A DNA stretch of 64,000 bases from Camelus ferus (lineage: Eukaryota): positions 62,436,001-62,500,000 of the forward strand of contig NC_045707.1 in the NCBI RefSeq assembly GCF_009834535.1. Reading direction: 5' to 3'. This document shows positions 53,801 to 64,000 of the stretch, one piece after another. How positions within the stretch are numbered: position 1 is the stretch's first letter; every line of letters starts with the position of its first letter. The notes beneath the pieces were generated by a model that was not told the DNA's origin, ran no database searches, and worked only from the letters and a program-made list of their open reading frames with translations. A program made the position numbers and the translations under genes.

Positions 53801-54334
53801 TGAATATGCTGACTAATGACTTAATCATCGAGCTATATGGTTAAATTTTTCTTTCCCTTAATTGGTCCCCATAGGCAAATCTTCAATCATATTAAAGTTC
53901 AAAATAATGACTAGTGATATGCTTTGGGAGCAGTTCAGGTAATTAATAGATATACAGTGGGCCTACGATTGGTAGTTAAACTCCAAGAGAAGTTATCCCA
54001 ACCTGGAGAAGTTCCCATTTGGAAATCAGCACTGTCATCCACCGCACATATAACCCTCATAGTTATTTCATAAAGATTTTAGAATGAGGATCATGTGACA
54101 TATAAATTGCACGAGTGTGTGCTTGCTTGACCTCTTTGCCAGTTTTATGATATTCTTTAAAGCCAAAATTGTCCACTCCAAACTTTTAAAATTAATTCTA
54201 AGGGATCGATTGCCTGTTTGAATCAGTTTTGTTCAGAAAAATGATCATTTTATTAAAAAAGCATGTATTAATTAAAATCGTAGTCTTCCAAGGAAGCTGT
54301 CTCCAAATCTTAATATTAAATACTCTAGAATTAC

Positions 54335-54435
54335 TTTCTACAATGTTCTAAGTACAAAGCAGTTCATTTGCTCCCTTGAAAAGCAGACAACGTCCATATA
54401 TATTTTGGAGTGAAATTACTACCTTCGTATTTCCA
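54335..54435 (-). pseudogene. Pseudo-exon (phase 1 to 0)
   Basis: ctactacag|...|GTAATT; EIRR**FHSKIYMDVVCFSREQMNCFVLRTL*K (an alternative frame has one stop). Confidence 0.5.
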
Positions 54436-55020
54436 CTGTAGTAGAATGTGTGTGTGTGAGGGTCAAAACTTTCTTTAACCCACCATTTTTTCCCTGTGCT
54501 TTCTACCAACATTTTGACCAAAAGGATATTTTTTATTTATTAGTTTTAAAATTATGGTACCGATGTAGCAATCATTGAATAAGTCCAACAAGATTTTAAA
54601 CATGCTAATATTTATATTTGTTTGAGATCTTATTTTGTTAAAATAATATACAGTTGTAACTCTGAGTATTTTTCACATACCTATATTTGTTACTGTTACC
54701 CTAAATTCAGAAATGAAGTTTCTGTAGCAAAAGATATTATTTACTTACATCTGATAATTAGTACTTTTTTCCTTTTGCCCCAATTATTATTACACCTCAG
54801 GTGATGCAATGAGAACCAGATGTCACCCTACACGTGAGAGGGTCTAGAGCAGGCAAGGAAATCCCAGTTTGTTCCATTCCTCTGATTTTTCATGTGAGGA
54901 TACACAGGAAGCTAGAGCAACTACTATATCAAACAAATTATTTGACAGGAACTATTAACTCTATAAACATACACACCATTCATGGAGTTGAGGTATAAAA
55001 TATAATTTGATTCACATTAC

Positions 55021-55121
55021 CTGTCTCTATATGATAAATGATTTGATTATTCTGATGGAAGTTTCAGATTACTAAACTAACACAGTGAATCAGGAGAGAC
55101 ATGACATTATTTCTTTTATCT
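55021..55121 (-). pseudogene. Pseudo-exon (phase 2 to 1)
   Basis: gtcttccag|...CAG|GTAATG; DKRNNVMSLLIHCVSLVI*NFHQNNQIIYHIET. Confidence 0.6.
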
Positions 55122-57026
55122 CTGGAAGACTGATTACTTCTATGAGGGGGTAAGGAAGAAAACAAACATAGATTTATTTCCTGTTATTATTTTCCAGGCT
55201 TTAAGCCATTTCACATTCACAATTTTTCTGTGATACAGGTATTACCAATCCAGTTTTACAAGTAAGTGAACACATACACACATAACCAAAGAAGTCTGGC
55301 TAATGCATGGTAGAAATGGAATTCGAAGCATGAATCTGACAACTAGTAGATCTATAACCCAGTACTCATCCAATAAATAAGTGTTTTCAACATTCTCAAT
55401 TTTGTTATACAATTTAAAATATGATAGCTTTTGGCTCTTTATTATTATTTTTTTCTCCTCACCACTCTGGTTTCATTTTAGTAGAATTTACTGCCATGAC
55501 TGAGTCTTCATAACATTGTGAGAGAAGGTTCTAACATGTGAGTAAACGTAGATTTGTGTGTGTGTGTGTGTATTGATATTTCACCATGCCTTGTATTTCT
55601 TACTTTCTGTAAGTTCTAATATATTCACATCACAGGATCTGTGTAGTTGATGGCACTTTTGATAAACATTATCATGATTTTATGTATCCTCAGAGCCGGG
55701 CCTATCAAATTGGACATAATACAAAACTTTAAGTGACTAAAGACCAGATCTCCAGCCACTGCTAAAATATATGATAGCCATTTGGGGATTACCAACTATG
55801 GAAAAAGGAGACAAAAAGCATAACTTTCATGACAGAAGCTTAGAGATTAGGAGAGATTCCTTGCCAGGCAATTTGAACACAGGGTTAGATGTGATCTTAA
55901 CTACATGTGCAAAATTAAGAAGTATTATTTTACATAACTTTCAGAGTTTTATGTTTGAGAACCACACAAGATTAGTTCTGTATATTTGATTAGTTCTGTG
56001 TATTTGGCAACGATGTTCCCTGTGGTGTGTGAATAAGGAGAGCATGAGGGGATCCAAAGTTAGAGGGCTTCTGCATTTTATTTGCTTTAATTTTAAAGTA
56101 CTGTGTAGACTATTAAACACATTTTAATTCTAATTTTAAAATGCGTTGGGCAGTTGTTTTAGTAGTCGCGGGTTTCTGATTGTACCAGTATAATCCTAGA
56201 CATAAAATTTTAGTTTCTGTCTATACTCAAGAATAGAAAAAAAATTCTTCAGGGTTGATCAACAATTTAAAGACTGTGTGTACAGTTATCTTTTGGAAAA
56301 GTATGAAGAAAACTCAAGCTGTATTAATGACAGAAATTCACCTAGATGTTATTTCCTGAATTGAATTTATGAGATGAATAAGCAGTGTATTTTTTTTTAG
56401 ATAAAACTAAAGATTCTAAAGAAAATAAACATATAGTATGTAATTGGTGTGGAAATACTTCATAACAAGAATTTTTTGTTGAGAAAAACATATTGAATAT
56501 TTTGCACTGACTAATGAAACAGAATAAAATTATACTGTTATTTTTAGAGGGCTTGCTCTTTCTTATGGCTCCTCTAATCTCCTAAAAAGATAACGTTGAA
56601 TTAACTTGATGACATTGAATATCAATAATAAGTATTTATTTGTTTGAATGGCAAAAACCATTTGATTCCCATATAACCTCATTTTATACTACATTTTTGG
56701 TGTTTACCCTCAGATATATTTTAAGAATAAAAACAAATGCAAATTAATAACTGTGTTATTTTATTAGAAAATACAGGAGTTGTTAATACTTACAATTTTT
56801 AGTGTACATTTGTAATCCTTATAGTCTGAAAGCAATCATTAACGTGCATTTTAGGATTAAATGGCATAAATCAAACTGGAGTCAACCTCATCTTTTTCCT
56901 TCAAATTTTAATATTTCTGTTGCCCATAGGATATATTTCAAATACTTTACCATGTGATTTGTATGTAGTTAATCACTATAAATTACTGACAGTTATTGAT
57001 CATTAACTTCTCAGAGGTTTCTTAAC

Positions 57027-57220
57027 CCTTAAATCAGTTTAATAATGTCCCCATAAACTATGGATCTTTTCCTGTTAGTCTCCCTGTGTACTGTGGGTGT
57101 CGTGCTACTAAATATTATTCTCTTTCCCTTCTGCGGAAAATACCATCTTTCTATAAAGGGCATATTCCCATTTTGACCAACACTGATAGTCTCTATACAG
57201 TCAAGATTCTCCCTGTCTCT
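57027..57220 (-). pseudogene. Pseudo-exon (phase 0 to 2)
   Basis: ttatttgag|...|GTTAAG; RDRENLDCIETISVGQNGNMPFIERWYFPQKGKRIIFSSTTPTVHRETNRKRSIVYGDIIKLI*; phases join both neighbours. Confidence 0.6.
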
Positions 57221-57443
57221 CTCAAATAATAACAATTGTATAATTTAACATCATAGGATACATTTAACTTTTATGATGAGCAAAGATCCACTATGTAAGA
57301 ATTCTTGAACTTTTGAAAAAGCATTTTTATTAATATGACTATAATACATTTTCATAATTTGTTGAAATCGGACAAAAAAAACCTTGGGACAATTTTACTA
57401 AATCTGTGTAAATATAAGTCAAAGTCTGATTAAGTGTATTTGC

Positions 57444-57569
57444 CTGTTGATTTGCTGTACTCAGTCTCCACTCATTTCTAGAAATGGAGATCTCTTCAAA
57501 TTTCAGCGATGTAGATAGTCCCATGTCAATTGCATGACTACTCACTCTTTGATAAAGCTGATGTAGAAA
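57444..57569 (-). pseudogene. Pseudo-exon (phase 0 to 0), open
   Basis: attttcag|FLHQLYQRVSSHAIDMGLSTSLKFEEISISRNEWRLSTANQQ|GCAAAT (GC donor or mutated GT). Confidence 0.6.
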
Positions 57570-58781
57570 CTGAAAATATGTGTATATATGTATATGTCTG
57601 TATATGTATTCTTAGAATTTTGTACTTCAGGAGTGAGTTAGACACACTTCAAAATATCTTTCTTGATATTTTAGAACAATCCATTGTTGGAGCTTTGGCA
57701 TGAAAAAGCAATGGAAGTTAGAAGTGTTGAAGGCTGGGTCAGAACAAGTGTGAAAAGAAGATGAGGAGGGAAGGTAGTTTTTATCTGTACATTACAAGCT
57801 TCTCTGCTCCTCTTACTCCTTGTTTTCCTCTTTTTTCCTGTTCTGTTCCTCCTCTATCCTATACTCCTCTCGTTTTCTCCTGCTCTTCATCTTTATCTTT
57901 TTCTTCATCTTACTTCTTAGATAATAATTTTTACTTTTGATACCATCATGCCTGAAGTAATTCATATTTATCATCTGGAACTAATGGAATGAATCATATG
58001 ACATTCTTATATTGAATAAAAATGAAGACATTTAAAAGTTTTTAAATGCAAGAACTAGACCCAAGTCAGGAAAAGAAGAGTTTTAAGGCTTTTAGTGTTA
58101 TTTTAGTAATTGTTCTAGGAACTGGAATTTTTGTGTGTGTGTGAACATGATACAGCCTCTGTCTCAGAGAGCTTAGAAACTAGTGAGGGAAACAGACAAA
58201 AGATAGACATTACTACATAATGTGCTAAATTAGAATAAGAAAGAACTGATTGCAAGTAAAGCACAGTGGAGGGGTACTTTACTGAAGTTTCGGTTCAGAA
58301 AGATATCTTGGTCAATAATGTATAAGAAATTAACCAGACAGAGTGGTGAGAGTCTGAAGAGGGAGGAGAAACTTTTCCATGTAAAGTAGATAGCACTCAC
58401 TTATTCATGCACGAGGCATGGATGTGTTCATTCAATAAAGATCTATTTTCAATACCTACTATGTCCTGTACATTGTTCTAGGCATTAGCGACCCAAAGTT
58501 GGAGCAGAAATAACACAAAGCCTCTGCCTGATTTCACAGAACTTACAATCTTGTAGTAAAGAGAGGCATTTATAAAAGAATCACAGTAATATGTGTATTA
58601 CTGTAACGGTATTATGTACATTGTGCTATAAGTTCATATAAATATAAGCAATAGCTGGGTGGAAGATTGGGAGTTGACTAGACAATGCTGTGGTTGTGGC
58701 GGTTGTTGTGCAGGGACTGGGGAACAGGACACAGGGTGTTCACAGGTCCTGTGGTGAAACTGTCAGTAAGGGTCACATTTA

Positions 58782-58894
58782 TTTCCAAAAAGATCAATGA
58801 GTTTAGATATTATTGAAAAGGATCCTGTGTTGATTCAGAAGGACAGAACGAAGATTATTGTGATAACTTAGTAATTTTATTGTCTTTAAAAGCT
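58782..58894 (-). pseudogene. Pseudo-exon candidate
   Basis: Acceptor tattcctag; LLKTIKLLSYHNNLRSVLLNQHRILFNNI*TH*SFWK; donor not intact. Confidence 0.35.
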
Positions 58895-58989
58895 CTAGGA
58901 ATATAGTTGAAGAGAAAGAAAATATTTTAAAAATATTCAGGTGTGAAAAAAATCAATGACTGGTCATTATTTATCAAATTCAAATCTCT

Positions 58990-59520
58990 ACATATACATT
59001 ATAAGCCGGTTTTTAGACTCATAGATAAATCCAACAGAAGTATATGTGCATAAGGGCACCAAAAAGACTCACAAAAAATGTCAACACTAGGCTCAGTGTA
59101 ATAGCCAAAAAATTGAAATAACTGAAAAAAAATCATCAGCAGAATAATGGATACTTAAAATTTGTATATTCATACAATGGAATAATATACAGAAAAATTA
59201 ATGAACCACTGCTATAAGCAAAAATATAGATGAATGTTGCAAGCACAATGTTGAGTTATAAAAAGATAGGTACAAGTAAACACATACTATATGATACCAT
59301 TTTATAAAGTTTAGAATTATTCAAAACTAATTCATGAGGCTAGAAATCAGGATAGTATTAATTTTAGGGGAGGACAGAGGGATGGTGAGTTGGAAGAGAC
59401 ATGAGTAGGTTTTTCCAGTGCTGTTAATTCCATGATAATTTACTGAGCTGTATACTAAAGATTTCTATTCTTTTCTGTATATGCTTTGCACTTTAATTTA
59501 AAATAAAGATTTTAAAATAA
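58990..59520 (+). mobile_element. L1ME-like 3' fragment
   Basis: 'tatattcatacaatggaataatatac...atgataccattttataaagtt'. Confidence 0.7.
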
Positions 59521-60674
59521 ATAATGAGATTCTTAGAAACAATTTTCATATGAAGAAATGGGTAAAGTGGAGCCAGAGAAGTTCCTACTGTTCTAGAATT
59601 ACAGGTATTTGTGGCATTCACTTAGATAGAGGATGCTTGAGGAAAGCTGGGTTCAGGCACAAGAGAAGTGGTTATTTCCAGTTTTCAATATTTGGAGTTC
59701 AATGTGCCTTTTTCACATCTGAAGGGAAATATAAAGGAGGCAAGCGATGGGCTATAAGCTTCACAGCTCATATAGGAGATCTGGGCTGGAGAAATACATT
59801 TGTAAGTTCAGGTGCACATAGGTATAAAAATAAAACTATGTGAATGTTTAGGGTGGACAAGCAAATTTAGAGGAAGGAAGAAATTGGAGATGGATTCAGT
59901 GAGAGGTATAGACATATAAATAATTTTTTCAATAAAGTTTGTCTTGAGGAGGAAAAAGCTAAAACAGGAGATGACTGTGTCTGGAGTAGAGAGAAGGGAA
60001 GTGGTAAGAAATGTGATCGGGTTTGTTACTGGTGGGGACTTCATTTAAAGCCATAGTACTGCACAAGGGGAAGCACAAAGAGAAAAGAAGAAATGCTAGA
60101 TGACAGACCCTGGGGCACTCTGTCGTTTAGAAGTCTGAACTGAACAAATCTCAGGACAAAAACCAATTGGTTTTGATATATAGAAGAAGGCAAGAAACAA
60201 TATGTTTCTGTCTTTCAGAGGTGGACTACCTTAAGGGAAAAAAAAGGTTTAAAAAAGAAGGAAAAGAGGGAATAGTTAATAGTAGAGGATTCCTAAAATA
60301 TTTGTAGTAGATTTTCTCTAAAGCATAGAGGAGAGAGAAGCTTTCTCTAAGAAGCAGGACCGTTCCTCCTTTGTGAACAAAAGAAAGTAGTTAAAGGCGC
60401 ATAACTGTAGGTGGATCTACGTTCTACATTTTACTATTGAAAAAAAAAATGAGGAGCCTCACATTTAATTTCTCATCTTGCTGGAAATGTGGTGTGGTGG
60501 ACAAACTTAGAAGCAGCAGGAGTTTGAGACTGATATAAATCAACATAGCCAGAGCGTAGATTTTGAATAATAAGAAGGACAAGAGGTAATTTTTTTTATT
60601 GGAATGATGTAAGAACAAGCAAGATCCAGAGGAGTAAAGAACTTGAGTAGCATTAGAAGAGTGTGCTTATTTAT

Positions 60675-60852
60675 TAGCGGATTGCCTTATAAAGGCAATA
60701 GAGAGAAAATCAAAATGTTTAAGAAGAGAACGGACATATTGAAGGATTGTTTTTTAATCTTTTCCCGTATCTGTTCATGTTGCAGAGATTAATGATGGCT
60801 CGTAGAACTAATACATCTTTGCCACACACTGTTCTCCCCGCCATTCTAGTTT
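60675..60852 (-). pseudogene. Pseudo-exon candidate
   Basis: Acceptor attgtttcag; KLEWRGEQCVAKMY*FYEPSLISAT*TDTGKD*KTILQYVRSLLKHFDFLSIAFIR; end uncertain. Confidence 0.4.
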
Positions 60853-61018
60853 CTGAAACAATATAAAGGGATGTAAACTGCTAATTAGAAAATCTGAACA
60901 AACTTTTCATCTATATTTGGTATAAAATACTCAGTTCCCATAGGACAGACAGCTAAAAGCTAACAAAACATATAGGTTAATAAATGACAATTTATATAGA
61001 GAAGAAGAAAGTGCACAC

Positions 61019-61127
61019 CCCAGTATCAGAGAGAGCACTGATGAAAAGAGGATCTTCAGAAATGATTCTCATTAAAAATTGAACATCCCAAAGAAACTGA
61101 AGAATTATTGATTGTGCCAGCTACATA
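61019..61127 (-). pseudogene. Pseudo-exon (phase 2 to 0)
   Basis: ctctgtacag|...|GTGTGC; M*LAQSIILQFLWDVQFLMRIISEDPLFISALSDTG. Confidence 0.5.
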
Positions 61128-61209
61128 CTGTACAGAGTTCTGGAGTCAAGATAAAAGTAAAATTAATTCACACATGTAAGACGACTAACCAATCACAAAA
61201 ACAATACAT

Positions 61210-64000
61210 ACAAAAGACCTCCAGACTCCTGATAGAGAGCTCGGAAATCACCGCACTATCCTAACAACAAGTGAAAACCTGAGCCAACTGAAGAATCAAC
61301 CATTTTTCTCAGCTCCGCCAGAGAAATGAGGTCACAGAGCAGATCGCTACCTCCAAGAGAGAGGAGGAAACGGAAGATCACAACTTAGTTGAGAAACTCA
61401 CAAGCTGAAATCTTCCATGGAACCGATGCCTGGGGAGGAAAATCTGAACTGTAGTTGATGGGTCGCTGGAAGCTCTGTATGACAGCGTGAGAGGCAAAGA
61501 CGTCGGGAGGAGCCCACGATTTCCTGAGTTCTACTCTTGCATTTGTATCAGGTTCTTACAGCAAATATCAGAGAAAAATCCATTCTGGCTGCTATTGGGG
61601 GAGGCGAATGGTAACCATTTTGAAATAGAGCATTCTGGAAAAAAAATAAATAAATATACCATATACCTTCTGTTCTTTTTTAAAAAGCCCTGCCCTCGAG
61701 AGAAACGATTTTACCAGAGTTTTAACCTGTGGGAGTTTTATCAGAATCTAACCCACCTGGTGAAGGGAAACCCCCAGCTCCAGCCCACTGCAGCCACCCT
61801 TTCCCACCGAAGGCAAGGGAGGAACAGAGATGCCCTTGTGCAGTTCACAGCCAAGGGGCACAGGCTCGCTCAAAACGTGAGACCTGGTCATAACACAGGA
61901 AAATCCCGCTCTCCCATATACCTTACCACTGTTTACCTGAATTGCTTTTACCTAGTGCATCATGTCCAGCCTTCCCTGCCAAATTACAAACCGTACTCAA
62001 AGGTAAAAAAAAAAAAAAAAAACACAGTTGGAAGAGGCAGAGCAAACGTCAAACCAGACTCAGGGCAGAGAATTTGAAAATATCAGACTGTAAAAAAACA
62101 ACTATGATTGATATGCCAAGGGCTCTAATGGTAAAAGTAGACAGCATTTGAGACCAGATGGATACTGGAAATTCCAAGAGAAAAAAAAGGTACATTGGAG
62201 AGTTTTTAAAAACCTTATAACAGAAATAATGAAGGCTTATAATGGGCTTATTCATAGACTGGACATGGCTGAGGAAAGAATCTCTGCACATAAGGATATG
62301 TCAGTGGAAACTTCTAAAACTGAAATGCAAATAGAAAACAAAAAAGATGGAAAGAAAAGAACAGAATATCCAAGATCTGTGTGACAACTACAAAAGGTGC
62401 ATCATATGCATAATGATTACCAGAAGGAGAAGAGAGAAAGGAACAGAAGAAGTATTTGAAGAATTAATGACTTACGAATATTCCTGGATTAATGTCACAC
62501 AGCAAACCACAGATCCAAGAAGTTCAGAGAACACTAAGCAGGATAAGTGTCAAATAAACTATACTTAAGAATAACATATTTAAACTGGAGAAAATCAAAG
62601 ATAAAGAAAAAAAAATCTTGAAAGTAGCCAGAGGAGAAGATCCTTACCTGTAGAGGAGGAAAGATAAGAACATCCCACTTCTCAGAAACCCTGCAAGCAA
62701 AAAGAAACTGAAGTGAAATATTTAGCGTTCAGGAAAAAAAACAAAATCCACTACCCTAAAATTCTGTATCTTGCAAAATTATCCTTCAAAAGTAAAGGAG
62801 AAATAAGGACTTTCTCAGACAAACAAAATAGAAAAAGTTTTGTTAACAGTAGATCTGCCCTGCAAGAAGTGTTAAAAGAAATTCTCTAGAGGGAAGGAAA
62901 ATGATCAGATACTTCAATCTACATAGAGAAAATGAAGCGCATCAAAGAAGAAATAAATGACAGTAAAATGAAAACTGTAATTGTTTTATTCTTAATTGAT
63001 CCAACAGAATAATTTGTTTAAAATAATATGCCAACAATGTATTGGATGGTTATAACTTATGTATCAGTGAAATGAATGTCAGCAATGATACAGTGGATGG
63101 GAGGGAGGAATTAAGGATAGTTTGTTATTATAAGGTAATTGTACTACCTGTGAAATGGAATAGTACTATTTAAAAGTTATCTGATAAAAGACTATTACCT
63201 GAAATATGCAAAGAACTCTTAAATCTCAACAATAAGAATATGAACAACCCAATTAAAAAATGGCAAAAGATCTAAACAGATGTTTCTCCAAAGAAGATAC
63301 ACAGATGGCAAATAAGCATGTGTAAAGATAGTTCATATCATATATTATTAGGAAAATGCAAATTAAAACAACGATGAGATATCACCGGACACCTATTAAA
63401 ATGGCCATAATCCAGAACAGTGAAAATAACAAATGCTGGAAAGGATGTGGAGCTGCAGGAATCCTCATACACTGCTGGTGGGAGTGCAAAATGGTGCAGC
63501 TACATTGGAAAACAGTTTGGTGATTTTTTTATAAAACAAAATCTACCCTTACCATATAATCCAGCTATTGTACTCCTTGGTATGTACCCAAAGGAGCTGA
63601 AAATTTATATCCTTACAAAGATCTGAACATGGATATTTATAGCAGATTTATTCGTGATTGCCAAAATTTGGAAGTAATCAATCAAGATGTTTTTTTCAGT
63701 AGACTAATGGGTAAACTGTGGTACATTTATACAATGTATTAAAAGGAAGTGAAGTATCAAGCTATGAAAATACATTGAGAAATACTTAAATGCATGTAAC
63801 TTAGTGGACAAAGCCAATCTGAAAAGGCTACATACTGCCTGATTCCAACTATAGGACATTCTGGAAAAGGCAAAACTATGGAGGCAGTGAAAATGAAATA
63901 ATCACAACTACATGCAACAGCATAGATTAAATATTAAAATGTTCTAAAAAATCTAAATTATATTGCTAACGAATGCATACGGGGAGAAAATTATTCTTGA
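61210..64000 (+). mobile_element. L1: 5'UTR, decayed ORF1, then ORF2 3' end and 3'UTR (most of ORF2 missing)
   Basis: ORFs 62148 and 62347 resemble ORF1p (RLDMAEERIS, EQNIQDLCDNYKRC); ORF 63420 is the ORF2 C-terminus (NAGKDVE...[11 protein letters not shown]...LPYNPAIVLLGMYPKELK). Confidence 0.9.

Larger units (their letters stand above)
15889..61127 (-). pseudogene. Large multi-exon unprocessed pseudogene, parent unidentified (5' end probably further right)
   Basis: About 20 non-repetitive blocks bounded by minus-strand AG/GT sites (several mutated) whose phases mostly chain together. The best blocks are open or nearly so: 109 codons/0 stops, 97/1, 64/1, 42/0. Disabled by stops, a frameshift and a SINE. 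Confidence 0.65.

Noticed and set aside
57444..57500. Myotubularin resemblance of NEWRLSTANQQ
   Set aside because: The following Y-x-x-C-x-[ST]-YP motif and the phosphatase signature are absent from neighbouring exons.
15889..61127. Idea that the in-frame stops are recoded or edited Gln/Arg codons of a live gene
   Set aside because: Every stop codon begins with T, so a C-to-T explanation is always available; broken splice sites, a frameshift and a SINE insertion indicate ordinary decay.
61487..62077. Longest ORF (196 aa) as a gene
   Set aside because: Lies in an L1 5' region, is not domain-like and runs through a poly-A tract.
1..64000. CRISPR array, rRNA or prokaryotic operon
   Set aside because: No repeat-spacer periodicity or dense ORFs; the sequence is mammalian.

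Overview
AT-rich, repeat-dense mammalian genomic DNA, most likely camelid judging by a tRNA-derived SINE of the camel/alpaca type. No intact protein-coding gene, RNA gene or CRISPR array is supported. Two things stand out. (1) A chain of about 20 decayed, minus-strand, splice-site-bounded exon-like blocks runs from ~61.1 kb to ~15.9 kb. Their intron phases mostly join into one reading frame of over 1000 codons with scattered stops, at least one frameshift and a SINE insertion. This looks like a large unprocessed pseudogene whose parent I cannot name. (2) The only two CpG islands (4796-5360 on +, 42255-42825 on -) are diverged copies of the same solo LTR, facing each other across the 3' half of that pseudogene. 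Both retain NRF1, YY1 and TATA motifs, and one carries a near-consensus MYBL1/A-MYB palindrome. The rest is L1, L2, MIR, MaLR/ERV LTRs, DNA transposon relics and microsatellites. Repeat family names are from recall of consensus sequences, and most repeat boundaries are approximate.
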